From an uncultured Chloroflexia bacterium (GTDB taxonomy: Bacteria > Chloroflexota > Anaerolineae > JAAYZQ01), in the NCBI GenBank assembly GCA_963700285.1, contig CAVOXA010000001.1:1760001-1824000 (forward strand): a stretch of 64,000 bases of DNA, in the 5' to 3' direction. The first letter of the stretch is position 1; every line of letters starts with the position of its first letter. The notes below the pieces were generated by a model, which did not search any database, was not told where the DNA came from, and saw only the letters and a list, made by a program, of their open reading frames with translations. The translations under genes were made by a program, and so were the position numbers. This document shows positions 20,397-31,066 of the stretch, one piece after another.

Positions 20397-20479
20397 GGTT
20401 ATTTCCTCGCATTTGTACCCATAAAATACACGAAATATGCGAAAAACACAAGAAAAGAACTAGCTTCGGAAAAGATCCT

Positions 20480-21715
20480 TCACAGCAGCGCCAGAGAGTC
20501 ATAGATCTCATCCCAGGTCTGGTAGACTCTGCGCCAATCATATCGTTCTTCGACCCACTCGCGGCCGCAGGCACGAAACTTTGCTTGCAGCCCCTCATCG
20601 GTCAGCAACCGCACAGTGGCCTGGGCAAAGTCACCTGGTGTGTCTGCGATCAGGATATTTTCCCCATCCCGGATCGTTAGCCCTTCCGCACCGATGGTTG
20701 TGGAGACGATGGGCTGTCCCCAACACCAGGCATCCACGATCTTGACCCGCATCCCACCAGCCGCGTGGAGAGGCACGATAAAGACGGCGGTTTCGGCAAG
20801 ATAGCGCTGCAGGTCTTCCACATAGCCCAGGACCTCTACGCCGTCATGTTGATGCCAGGCCAGGAGCTGGTCCGGCGGGTTCTTGCCGATCAGGGTCAGC
20901 CGTGCCTGGGGCGCCTGCTTCCTGACTTGGGGCCAGACCTCCTGCAGGAACCAGAGTAGCCCCTCCACGTTGGGGGGCCAGTACATGGTCCCAATATGGG
21001 TGATGCGAAACGGCGCATCGACCCGAGGCACGGGCCGGACTGCCATCGTGTCCACGCAGATGGGGATGACGCTGGTCCGGCCGTCCAAGGGCTGGCTGTG
21101 CCCGTCTTTCGATGGCTGCGGTATCAGTGCCAACAGGGCCTCGCGATCCTGCTGCGTGACAAAGGTGACGTGATCGAACTTCTGGCAGATGGCCGATTCG
21201 TACCGGGCAAAGGCGCGCGCCTCGCGCTGGAGCAGCCATCGCTTGAGCTGGTTCGGCTCGTGCTGGGCCAGCCGCTCGAGGATCTGGAAGGTGGCGTTGT
21301 GCTGGTCCAGGATCCGCCTGGTCCTCAGCCTTGGTCCCAGGAGCCCGTATTGGGCCATGGGGATCTGGTCGGCGTGGACGACGTCAAAGTCAGTTGCATT
21401 GAGCAGCTCCTCCACCTGGCGGCGCATGGCGCCGATCTCCTCCCGGGCGATGATCGCAGGCTGGCCGGAGAGCAGGCTGACCAGGGCAGCGCGGATGTTG
21501 CGGGGCCAGGACCGCTCCATCGGCACGGTATGGACCTCGTGGACAATCGTCCGCAGGTGGGCCACGTCCTCCGGCCGGTCGTCTGGGCGCACAAAGGAGA
21601 GCAGGGTCACCTGGTGGCGGGCAGCCAGGTGGCGCAGGACATAGTAGGCCCGGATCTTGGCCCCGGATACCAGGGGATAGGAGAGGAGTTCGGTAAGAAC
21701 GAGGATGCGAGCCAC
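20480..21715 (-). CDS. Glycosyltransferase family 4
   Basis: SGAKIRAYY, GTMYWPPNVEGL, GGMRVKIVDAW, STTIGAEG. Confidence 0.9.
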   Translation of the reverse strand: MARILVLTELLSYPLVSGAKIRAYYVLRHLAARHQVTLLSFVRPDDRPEDVAHLRTIVHEVHTVPMERSWPRNIRAALVSLLSGQPAIIAREEIGAMRRQVEELLNATDFDVVHADQIPMAQYGLLGPRLRTRRILDQHNATFQILERLAQHEPNQLKRWLLQREARAFARYESAICQKFDHVTFVTQQDREALLALIPQPSKDGHSQPLDGRTSVIPICVDTMAVRPVPRVDAPFRITHIGTMYWPPNVEGLLWFLQEVWPQVRKQAPQARLTLIGKNPPDQLLAWHQHDGVEVLGYVEDLQRYLAETAVFIVPLHAAGGMRVKIVDAWCWGQPIVSTTIGAEGLTIRDGENILIADTPGDFAQATVRLLTDEGLQAKFRACGREWVEERYDWRRVYQTWDEIYDSLALL

Positions 21716-21721
21716 GGTCCG

Positions 21722-23236
21722 TTACCTGCCCCGAAACCTGATCATGACCGCCGCCGTTTTTACCAGAATCGAGGTTTCCAGGTATAGGTTCCGGTGTTTG
21801 ATATAGTACAGGTCGTACTGCAGCTTTATCAGCGTATCCTCAACGCTGCCGCCATAGCGGTAGCGCACCTGGGCCCAGCCGGTGACGCCCGGCCGCACGG
21901 CGTGGCGCGCCTGGTAGAAAGGCACCTCCCGGACGAGATCGGCCACAAACTCGGGCCGCTCGGGACGGGGACCGATGAGGCTCATCTCGCCCTTGAGGAC
22001 GTTCCACATCTGGGGGAGTTCGTCCAGCCGGGTCTTGCGCAAGACCCTGCCCACCGGTGTAATCCGGTCGTCCTCTTCCCGGGCCCAGACCGCCCCACAT
22101 TCCGCCTCCGCATCGGGGACCATCGAGCGGAACTTGACCAGCTCGAAAGGCCTGCCGCCCTTGCCCACGCGGATCTGGTGGTAGAGCAGGGGCCCGCGGG
22201 CCCACAGGAGATTGGCCAGGGCCACCAAAGGGGCCAGGAGGGCGAGCAGCAAAAGGCCAACGACACCGGCAAAGAGGTCTACCAGGCGTTTCAGGGCCAG
22301 GAACGCCCTGTGCATCGGCGAGTCGTTGAGGGGCAGGATGACGTGCAGGTTGCGGCCGGCGTGCTCGACCGGTATGCGGCCGGTCAGGCGCTCGTAGAAA
22401 CTGGTCATGGGCTCGAGGTGGATGCCCTGTTCCTGGCAGTCCAGCAGCGACTGGAAGAGGGTGGGATGGATCTCGGGAGTGTGGGTGATGGCCACGACCA
22501 GAGTATCCACCTCATGCTCCGCCACCAAGGCTCGCAGCGCGTAGCGATCGCCCAGTACAGGCACGCCTTCGACTTTTTTTCCAACCCTGGCCCCGTCGTC
22601 GTCGACAAAGCCCACAATCAGGTAGCCCGAGCCGGCGTGGGGGTTGCCGCTGGGTGGCACATGGACCAGCTCCCGGGCCAGCTCAGAGCCGGATTTGCCC
22701 GCGCCGACGATCAAGCAGCCGCCGCTGAAAGTTGGGCTGGCTGAAGACCGTGGCATACAGGACCCGCCAGGCCGGCACGCTGGTGGAGGCCAGCGCGACA
22801 AAGAGGTAGGCCGATGCGCGAGAGGCGGGAAAGTGCGGCGTGTAGAAAGGGGATGGCCAGGTATACAAGCGCCGTCACGAGGGCGGCACGACCCGCTGTT
22901 CCAGGCGCTCTGGCTGGCCTTGGCCGTGAGGGCCAGGTCGTAGCAGTCAAAAAAGGAGGCCCATATCAGCCACAAGATGGTTAGCAGCACAAAGTAGATG
23001 GGCGCTTCCGCAAACGTGGCCCAGGATAGCCTGTAGCCATAGCGCAGTACCAGAGCCACCAGGAGGGCGCCGTTCAGAACCAGCACGTCGGTGACCACCA
23101 GCATCAGCCGCCGCTCGGACGTCGTCAGGTGCAGCCGGGGCAGCGGGATGCGCCCGATGCGCCCTGGGCGCAAGGGTGTGTCCGGCGCCTGGCCATCGCC
23201 AACAGGAACAGGGGAGGATTGTTCTACCGTTTTCAT
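21722..23236 (-). CDS. Polyprenyl-phosphate priming glycosyltransferase (WcaJ/WbaP-like); compensating frameshifts at about 22740-22890
   Basis: LKRLVDL, KFRSMV, RITPVGRVLRKTRLDELPQ, GEMSLIGPRPE, PGVTGWAQV. Confidence 0.9.
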   Translation of the reverse strand: MKTVEQSSPVPVGDGQAPDTPLRPGRIGRIPLPRLHLTTSERRLMLVVTDVLVLNGALLVALVLRYGYRLSWATFAEAPIYFVLLTILWLIWASFFDCYDLALTAKASQSAWNSGSCRPRDGACIPGHPLSTRRTFPPLAHRPTSLSRWPPPACRPGGSCMPRSSASPTFSGGCLIVGAGKSGSELARELVHVPPSGNPHAGSGYLIVGFVDDDGARVGKKVEGVPVLGDRYALRALVAEHEVDTLVVAITHTPEIHPTLFQSLLDCQEQGIHLEPMTSFYERLTGRIPVEHAGRNLHVILPLNDSPMHRAFLALKRLVDLFAGVVGLLLLALLAPLVALANLLWARGPLLYHQIRVGKGGRPFELVKFRSMVPDAEAECGAVWAREEDDRITPVGRVLRKTRLDELPQMWNVLKGEMSLIGPRPERPEFVADLVREVPFYQARHAVRPGVTGWAQVRYRYGGSVEDTLIKLQYDLYYIKHRNLYLETSILVKTAAVMIRFRGR

Positions 23237-24522
23237 CAGTTCACACTCGTCCGTAGGCTGGCTGGGCACGAGCCAAAACGAGGTGCTGCCAGCCCCGCAT
23301 ACATTTTCTGGAGCGCCAGGCCCTCAGCCCGGCGCTGCTGCTCGTACCACTTGCGGCCTGCCCGGCCCATGCGAGCGAGGCGGGCCGGATCTGCCAGGCT
23401 GGACTGCATGATTCTGGCCAGGGAGCCGGCGTCGCCGGGCGGCACAACCCAACCGGTCCGGTCCTCGGCTTGAGCCTCAACGTACTCTGGCAGAGCCCCC
23501 ACGCCGGTCACGAGCACCGGTTTGGAGAAACAGTAGGCCGCCGCCACCAGCGCTGACTGGCTGGCTTCAGTGTAGGGCAAGACCAGCAGCCCGCAGCGCT
23601 GGAAGAGATCCACGGCCTCCTCGTCGCCGATGAGCCGGTCCCGTACCTCCACGTTGCCGGGGATGTCCCCCTGGACAATGCCCCCCAGCGCGCCAGGGCC
23701 GGCGATCACGACCTGCGCCCGCCCGGGATCGAGACGGCGTGCCGCTTCAACGAGCACGTCCAGGCCCTTGTACGCCTCCAGCCGTCCCAGAAAGAGGGCC
23801 CAGGGTTCGTGTCTCACTTCAGGCGGCGCCTGCTCCAGCGCCCGTGCCTGGGCATGGCCCACGAACAGGTGGGTCAGCGGCGTGCAGGTCAGTCCAGAAG
23901 GATCCAGACCCTCGCGCACGAGTTCTTGCGCATAGCACTGGCCGTGTACCAGCAGGTGACCGGCTCCGCGCCGGACCCAGCCGTTCCACAGGTAGAGCAG
24001 CCGGCCATAGGCCGCCCCGGTGTGGGGATGCAGGTCGTGCAGGCTGTGGACCGCGGGCACGCCGGCCCGCCGCAGGGCGTTCAGCAGCAGTGGGTTCCAG
24101 AGGTGGGGCCCGGTCATGTGGACCAGGTCGGGTTGCAGGTCGTGGACCGTGGCCAGCAGCCTATTGAGATCCCGCGGCCGCAACGCGTCGGGCGAGAAGC
24201 CGGTATCTCGAGTGTCCACGGGAGTATGTATTGCGATCCCCGGCGTATAGCGGTCCAGAGGCGCCTGCCGGGTGGTGATCAGGTGTACGTCAGCGCCCGC
24301 CGCCTGCTGGCGGTTGGCCAGGTCGGCCGTATACTGGTGCATGCCCCAGGTTGGGGAGGGCAGGACGTAGCAGAGGCGGAGGGTGGAGAGGGGGAGAGGG
24401 GGTGAGGGGGTGAGGGGGAGAGAGGGAGAGGGAGAGGGGGAGACAGGGTGAGGGGGAGAACCGCTGATTCCGTTCTCTCGTTCTCTTTGTCTCTTTTTCT
24501 GCGTGTCTCCTGCGCGGTTCAT
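23236..24522 (-). CDS. Glycosyltransferase family 4 with repeat-derived low-complexity N-terminal extension
   Basis: LFLGRLEAYKGLD, LVLPYTEASQSA, VGALPE; ATG overlaps the upstream stop (ATGA). Confidence 0.85.
   Translation of the reverse strand: MNRAGDTQKKRQRERENGISGSPPHPVSPSPSPSLPLTPSPPLPLSTLRLCYVLPSPTWGMHQYTADLANRQQAAGADVHLITTRQAPLDRYTPGIAIHTPVDTRDTGFSPDALRPRDLNRLLATVHDLQPDLVHMTGPHLWNPLLLNALRRAGVPAVHSLHDLHPHTGAAYGRLLYLWNGWVRRGAGHLLVHGQCYAQELVREGLDPSGLTCTPLTHLFVGHAQARALEQAPPEVRHEPWALFLGRLEAYKGLDVLVEAARRLDPGRAQVVIAGPGALGGIVQGDIPGNVEVRDRLIGDEEAVDLFQRCGLLVLPYTEASQSALVAAAYCFSKPVLVTGVGALPEYVEAQAEDRTGWVVPPGDAGSLARIMQSSLADPARLARMGRAGRKWYEQQRRAEGLALQKMYAGLAAPRFGSCPASLRTSVN
24383..24510. repeat. 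Inverted pair of 8-nt-period purine/pyrimidine tracts downstream of the four-helix-bundle gene
   Basis: GGGGAGAG/GGGGTGAG units at 24383-24460; CGTTCTCT/TTGTCTCT units at 24471-24510. Confidence 0.75.
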
Positions 24523-24906
24523 TTTCCCCCAACGGTCCATTGCTCTGGGTGGCGGATCATGTTGACGAGCTTGCCGATGATGTGGTCATAGGTCCGGTAA
24601 AGGTCGCGAGCTTTGCCGGCGTCCAGGTACTCGCACTTGACGGAGAACTCGAGCCAGATTTGGGTTTCGGCGGCTTCTGCTTCGGAGTCACTGAGCTTGC
24701 TGACAAAGGCTGCCGGGTACCGTCGTTTTCTCCATGCCTCCGCCAGATTAGCACAGATCGATCTGCGAGGAACGACGGATCTGGTCAGTGAGGGCGTATC
24801 GTTCGCTCTTTCGGGAAGCCTTGGTAACCTCAAAGATCTCCATCGCAGCATCAAAGGCCATCTGATAGACATCCAGATCGCGATGGCTCCGGATCCTTTC
24901 TCCCAC
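24519..24906 (-). CDS. Four-helix-bundle protein (23S-rRNA-IVS-protein-like family); one frameshift near 24765
   Basis: RSHRDLDVYQMA...ERYALTDQIRRSS.SICANLAEAWRKRRYPAAFVSKLSDSEAEAAETQIWLEF. Confidence 0.88.
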
Positions 24907-24967
24907 TCTCCTGCTCTCCCTCTCTCTCCCCCTTGTCGCTCCTGTACAGCCTGAACTAACTCTCTGT

Positions 24968-24976
24968 ATTATAGCA
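24968..24976 (-). promoter_or_regulatory. Extended -10 element about 60 nt upstream of the four-helix-bundle gene
   Basis: TGCTATAAT on the minus strand in an AT-rich patch. Confidence 0.5.
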
Positions 24977-25009
24977 TAAATTTCGGATTTGCGCTAGTTT
25001 CTACAGATA

Positions 25010-26350
25010 TCATCCAGATTTTGTGGTCAGTTTGGACTCTGAGCAAAGCGGCGGTGGAGGACGCGGAACAATTCGAACCAGGGCCAGGGCGGCAAAGGGC
25101 AGGGCCACGGCGTCCACGGGCAGCCGGTAGCGGGGCATGGCCCAGGTCAGGATGTGCAGCAGGGAGTAAAAGCCCATGAAGAGCAGGACCAGGGCCAGGG
25201 GCGTGGTGGAGAAGCTGAGCCAGCCGGCCGTCGAGCGGCCGGGCCATGCCTGGCGGAGGGCCAGCCACAACCCGGCCAGCATGAAGGGCAGAAAGAGGCC
25301 AAAGGAACCGCTGCGGCCCAGGTTGTGCAGCAGCGTCGTGTCGGGCGTGGGCCAGAACTCGAAATAGTCCCGGACGCGGCTGAGGGACAGGAGCAGGTAG
25401 CGGCCCGGCTCGGCCAGGACAAAGCCGATGCCGCGAGCCATGAGGTCGCGGTCCAGCTGCGCTTCGTTGAGGCCCGCTCAGTTCCGGCGGCACCGGCGCG
25501 GCCTCGAACTCCTGAAAGTCTGGTGCCGTGCATGGGATGCTGGGCCGAGTACATGGCATAGCCGGCGTTGGAGTTGAGCAGCAGGAACTGGTCGTAGACG
25601 ACATAATTGCGGATGGTGAAGGGCAGGATGAAGAGGACCAAGGTCAAGGTTGCGGTCAAGAGGCTGGGGATCATGCGGCGGAGCCGGCCGGAGCGCCAGG
25701 CGACCCAGAGGAGCCAGGCAAAGAGCACGACCACCCAGGGGAGGATGGATTGGCGCAGGAGGGTGGCGAGGCCCAGGCCCAACCCCAGGACCAGACCCTT
25801 GCCCACGGATGGCGCCTCGGCCGCGGCCATGGCCCGCTCCAGCGTCCAGAGCAGGACGATGATGTAGAACGACTCGGTCATCAAGGTGGCACCGTACAGT
25901 ACGAAATAGGCGTACACGGCCGCGCACCCCGCCGCAACCAGAGCGACTGTGCCCCGGCCCGGAAATAGCTGGCGGGCCAGGCGGTAGACCATCAACGGCA
26001 GGAGCAGCCCGCTGACCAGGGCGCCCAGCAGACGCAGGGCCAGGGGGTGGACACCGAAAAGCCCATAGACAGCCGGCCGCATAGAGGGAATAGAGGAAGG
26101 ACCAGTGGGCGGTGGGCGTCTCGGCCGGTGTGAAGGGGTACCAGCCGGTCTCAAAGCTGAAGCCATGACCAGCAGCCAGCCGGGCGCCCAGGGCGTGGTA
26201 GGAGCGCTGGTCGGTGAGCAGCGGCGGCGCGTCCACCACATCGCCCAGGTAGACGGCAACCCCAACCCGCAGCACGACGGCCAGGATCAGAATCCCGACC
26301 AACGCTACCCAATAGGTTTTCCCTTCTCGCCCAATCATCAAGTCCGTCAA
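25010..26350 (-). CDS. GT-C fold membrane glycosyltransferase (ArnT/PMT-like), frameshifted; ends approximate
   Basis: DQRSYHALG, LMTESFYI, GLATLLR, PFTIRNY, RYRLPVD spread across three overlapping ORFs. Confidence 0.75.
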
Positions 26351-26352
26351 TA

Positions 26353-26433
26353 TCTCCCCATCTCCCTATCTCTCCTTCTCCCCCTCCTCTCCTTCTCCCC
26401 CTCTCCTACTGTCTCACTGTCTCACTGTCCCGG
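26353..26433. repeat. 8-nt-period tandem tract (intergenic)
   Basis: TCTCCCCA TCTCCCTA TCTCTCCT TCTCCCCC ... TGTCTCAC TGTCTCAC. Confidence 0.75.
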
Positions 26434-26448
26434 CGTGTGCCCTCAGCC

Positions 26449-27433
26449 TCACATCCCCGCCAGCTCAGCCAGCAGCCGCCGATAGGTCCGCGCCTGTGCA
26501 GCCAGCGCGTCAGAGAAGGGCGTGCCCAGCGCAGCCACCGCCAGGCGGGGCCAATAGGCCAGCCGCAGGTAGCACTTGAAGCGATTTGCCTGGCGTGCTC
26601 CGCCAAACTTGCGATAGAATTGCATCTTGCTGCGGTAGAGCTGGACGTACATGCGCTCGGGCATCTGTCGCGTGCTCTGTGCCTCATGGTGCAATACCAC
26701 GGCTTGGGGTACCCACCATAGTTCCCATCCGGCTTGGGCCAGCCGGTAGCAGAGGTCCACTTCTTCGGTGTACATGAAGTACGTACTCATCCAGCAGCCC
26801 GACCTGATCCAGCGCCTCATGCCGCAGCAAAAGACACGCGCCCTTGATCACCTCGACCTGGCGCGGTGTACCGAGATCCCAATACTGCATGGGATAGGTC
26901 GCCTGCGGCCACAACCGGCTCCAGAAACAGCAGCCGCCAGAACTCACGGCCAGGCGTGAGCATCGGGTGGCACGAGGATTGCAGGCTACCGTCGGTGTTC
27001 AGCAGTCGCGCTCCAGCCGCGCCGGCCCGGGGATGCGCGTCGATGAACTCGACAAGGGCCTGTATCGCGCCGGGCTGGATCTCAGTATCGCTGTTGAGCA
27101 GCACCACGTAGCGCCCAGCGAGCCGCGCATGGCCTGATTGTTGGCAGCGGCAAAGCCAACGTTCTCACTGGTTCTCGATCAGGTTCACCCAGGGGAAACT
27201 GCGCTCGCACCATGTCCGCGCTGCCATCGGTGGAAGCGTTGTCGACGACCCAAAGTTCGAGGTTCGAGGTTTTAGGGTCGATGGGCGACGGGAGTGGTGG
27301 GGACGTGATTGGAGACTGTCTGGCCTGCGGCTGGAGCGATGGATTCCAGGCACCGGGCGAGCAGGTCGCGGGTGTTCCAGTTGACGACGATGACCGAGAG
27401 CGCCAAGTCCACCAGCTTCTGGCCCTCCCTCAT
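26449..27433 (-). CDS. Glycosyltransferase family 2 (WbbL/rhamnosyltransferase-like), frameshifted
   Basis: LSVIVVNWNTRDLL, VVDNAS.DGS, LLNSDT, GACLLLR, FMYTEEVDLCYR. Confidence 0.82.
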
Positions 27434-27447
27434 CCACCATCACGTAC

Positions 27448-28934
27448 TTACCCCTGGGCCCCTTCTCCGGTACTCCCACTCTCCCCAGCTCCCTCTTTCC
27501 CCCTCTCGCCATCCCTTCCTCTCACCCTCTGCTCCAGCGCCACCAGCCCGCCCAGGAACATCCAGGCCAGTGCGCTGGTGCGAAAGCCGGGAAAGCCAAT
27601 GTTGTAGACAAAGGGCAGGAACCAGTCGGCCAGCATCATGGCTATCAGGGTGCCCGCCAGCCCGCCCACGGCACCATTTAGGTAGCCTTCTTCAAAACCA
27701 GGATCGAAGCAAGACAGCAGCCGCCAGCCCAGCACGCCGACCTCGGCCAGGAACCATAGGAAGAGGCCCAGCCCCACCACGCCCACCTGCGCGTAGAGGT
27801 CGATATAGTTGTTGTGAGACGACACGTTGGGCCGGATCCAGAGAGCGTGACCCACCCCGGATGAAAGCCACTGGGTATGACCATAGTGGCGGTAGGCTGC
27901 CGGGCCCAGTCCCAGGATGGGATGGTCTTTGACCAGATCGAGAACCGATGCGTATAGTGTACGCGCCCTCCCCAACTCACATCCACTTCGGCTTGCCCGC
28001 CTGCGTGGACAAAGACGATGGGGTAGGCAAGAACTGCAAGAGTAACCAGCGCCACAGCCACTACCAGCCCTAGCACGCGGTTGCGGCGCCACATCCGCAG
28101 CCAGATCACAGCCAGGGCGGCGACTGTGAATGGCACCCAGCCCGACACCCAGTCGTTCAGTCTGGAACCACACCACATAGGTCGCTGCGCCGAGCAGCGC
28201 CAGCAGCCACAGACGTATCAACGGCCGGAGCTTGCGATTGAAAGAGCAATTGCCCGGTCGCCAGTGGCCGCCAACCAGGTCCAGAACATGCTCCGGTTGG
28301 CCATTTCGGATCGGACCAGCCCAGGAGCCCGGCGCAGGGGCGGCAGGAAATACTCCAGAACCACCACGCTGGACACAGCCAGGAAGACGAAGGTGGCGAT
28401 CTTCAGCCAGCGCCCCCGCGCGCCCAGGCTGCCGGTCACGAGAAAGATGGCGGCAGAAAGGGCAAAGATGCCCCACTGACCCAGCTGTACCAGCAAGCAG
28501 GTTACTGGGCTGGGGCACCAGTGGATCCCAGTAGGCCCGGCCGGCCAGGAGCGAGAGCAGTCCAACCAGCACAAAGAGCATCAGGGGTAGCATGGTGCGC
28601 GAACGTGGGCAGTCGCAGGCGACGTTTCGCGAAGGCCATCCACCAGCCAGGCGCGACTCACCACCGGGATCAGGAATACCGGCGCGGTCAGGGCGACCTC
28701 AGACCCGGTGCCGAGAGTGAAGGGCAGAGTGAAAGAAAGCCCGGCCAGGGCCACCAGACCCAGCCCAGGGTGCTGCAGCAGCAGTGAACGCCAGGCACCG
28801 GGCACCAGCACCAGGAAGCAGCACGCGAAAGCGGGTCGAAGGTTGGCGGCGCCAGTGCCGCCAGCATCAGCACGGCGCCGATGACAAGCGGGCTCGGCAT
28901 TGCCAGATCCCGGCGACGGACTGCGCATCATCAT
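27448..28934 (-). CDS. O-antigen ligase/polymerase-like (Wzy_C) membrane protein, frameshifted
   Basis: HPILGLGPAAY...SSHNNYIDLYAQVGVVGL; many TM segments. Confidence 0.78.
27463..27534. repeat. 8-nt-period tandem tract in the 3' tail of the ligase-like gene
   Basis: TACTCCCA CTCTCCCC AGCTCCCT CTTTCCCC CTCTCGCC ATCCCTTC CTCTCACC. Confidence 0.65.
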
Positions 28935-30140
28935 GTCGCACGCCTCTCCAGGACGACCGATTCGACCAGGTCGACGAACCGTTCTCCGATGGCGCGCCAG
29001 TCATACTGCTCTTCGACCAATGCCGCGGGCGTTGCGGGCCAGTTGTGCTCGCAGGCCAGGGTCGCGCAGCAGGCGGACAACCTGGGCAGCGAATGTGTCT
29101 GGCTCGTCCGCGAGCAGGATGTCGCGTTTCGGCGTCACGTCCAGCCCCTCAGCAGCTTTGGTGGTGGCGACCACCGGCGTACCCAGCGCCATCGCCTCCA
29201 GGATCTTGAGACGGGTGCCGCCGCCCTGACGGATGGGCACGACGCACGCCCAGGCGCCTGCAACCAGCGGCCGCACGTCGTCAACATAGCCGCTCAGCTG
29301 GACGCTGTCATCGAGCTGCAAGCCAGCCAAAGGTCGACGCCCCGGTTGGGAACCGGTGATGGTCAGCGACACGCCTGGGATCTGCCTCCGGATCAGGGGA
29401 TACGTTTCGCTCAGAAAGTACTGCATGGCATCATAGTTGGCGCTATAGGTCAGGGCGCCGTTAAAGACCAGAGTGCTAGCCTTCGGTGGGGCCAGAATCG
29501 GATGGTTGTACTGGCAATCGACACCATTGGGAATGACTTCTATGCACCCTCGGTAGCGGGGCAGCTCTTGTTCACTGACCTCACGGTCCTGGTCGGACAC
29601 CATGGTGACCAGATCGAAACGGTCAAACACTGTCGCCTCGTAGCGCCTGGCCTTCTGCCAACTCACCCGGCATTGCAGCCGCCGCAGGGGCGAGTCCTGG
29701 GCCTGGTACCGATCCCACAACATGCGCGTTAGTGAGTTGTGTTCCTCCATGACTCTTGTACTCTTTGCGGGTGCCAGCAAAGCATAATTGGCCATGGTCT
29801 CGGTTGAAGCAATGACCACGTCAAAGTCCGCCCCGGCCAGCGTAGATCGGACCAGGCGGCTCATCTCCGGGACAGGGCGGACGAAAACCGGTCGCGGCGA
29901 GAGAAATCGCCGGAGGCTGCCAGTCTGATTCTCCTCGAAAGGATTGTACCGAACAACCTGGACATCCGTACAGAACTTGCCCAATGCCTCTGCTTGCTGG
30001 GGCACGGCTGTATCAAAGGCAAAGGAAGCCAGCGTCACCTGATGACTAGCGCCCAAAGCCCGCAGCAAGTGATAGACCCTGATCTTGGAGCCGTTGTCAG
30101 CGGGGTAGGGAAACCAGGTGGAAAGAAAGAGGATGTTCAT
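28931..30140 (-). CDS. Glycosyltransferase family 4 (frameshift near the 3' end)
   Basis: STWFPYPADNGSKIR, IPNGVD, GGGTRLKILEAMALG. Confidence 0.88.
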
Positions 30141-30910
30141 CACCCGGTTCCTGCCTGCGCCAGCAGGCCGACGCATTGTAGCGTATAGCAGCCCAGCCCC
30201 GTTCGCTCGAAGCGGCGCCAGCCTGTGTCATACAGCTGCCAGACAGCGCTGGGCAGCATCTGGCGCTTCAATATCCGTGTCTCGATCTTGGACAATTCGC
30301 GCAGAATGGCCAGGAAGCGCGGATAGTAGCCTCGCCCGTATGCGTCGAGGATCTGGAATCCCGCTGCCTCCAAAAGAGCGCGCAGCTCAGCGAGGCTGAA
30401 TTCGCGCTCCCAGCCGCCATAGGGCCACTTTCCGCTGCGGATCAGCCGCCGCTTGTGCACCGTGTACCAGTTGTAGCGCTGCGGAACATCGACTAAGAGG
30501 TATCCTTCCGCGCGAAGCACGCGCTTCTGTTCCACGATCAAGCTGGCCGGGTCCTCGAAATGCTCCAGGAATCCCTGGTGAAAGACCAGGTCGAAGGAAC
30601 CCGATTCGAAAGGCAGGTGCCAGGCGTCGCCTTGTGCAACATCGAGGTGCACGCCCGCTTGCCTGGCAGTGACTGTGGTACGCTCAAGTGCAGACGTGGA
30701 AAAGTCCAGGGCAGTGACCTTGGCGCCGAGGGATGCCAGCACGCTGCTAGTACCTCCCGTGCCAGCGCCGATCTCCAGGGCCTGGCAAGACTGCAGGTTC
30801 ACGTGCGATCCAATCGTCTCGGTGATCTGCGGGACATGGTTTACGTAATCTTTTGCCTCGAAATGCTGCCAGTAGGCGTTCCACGCAGAGCGTGTGTTGG
30901 GTGACGTCAT
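30140..30910 (-). CDS. Class I SAM-dependent methyltransferase
   Basis: ALEIGAGTG, LPFESGSFDLVFHQGFLEH. Confidence 0.88.
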   Translation of the reverse strand: MTSPNTRSAWNAYWQHFEAKDYVNHVPQITETIGSHVNLQSCQALEIGAGTGGTSSVLASLGAKVTALDFSTSALERTTVTARQAGVHLDVAQGDAWHLPFESGSFDLVFHQGFLEHFEDPASLIVEQKRVLRAEGYLLVDVPQRYNWYTVHKRRLIRSGKWPYGGWEREFSLAELRALLEAAGFQILDAYGRGYYPRFLAILRELSKIETRILKRQMLPSAVWQLYDTGWRRFERTGLGCYTLQCVGLLAQAGTG

Positions 30911-31066
30911 AGTTGACTCAATGCTGTTTTCGCCAAGTCTATGATAATCTCGCAGTGTCGCACCGGCCTGGAAGAGCCGGTGCTAGGCATTGAAACCGAC
31001 AGAAACAGGTCTAGCACCGGCTGTTCACGGCGGTGCAGTAATCGCAACCACTTGGCGAGAAGACCA

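Noticed and set aside
20419-20455. Degenerate 9-nt-period tract (ACACGAAAT-like) as an independent feature
   Set aside because: Too decayed to call alone; used only as weak support for the repeat-scar idea.
24519-24906. Four-helix-bundle gene as a 23S rRNA intervening sequence or part of a DGR
   Set aside because: No rRNA sequence, reverse transcriptase or TR/VR pair in the window.
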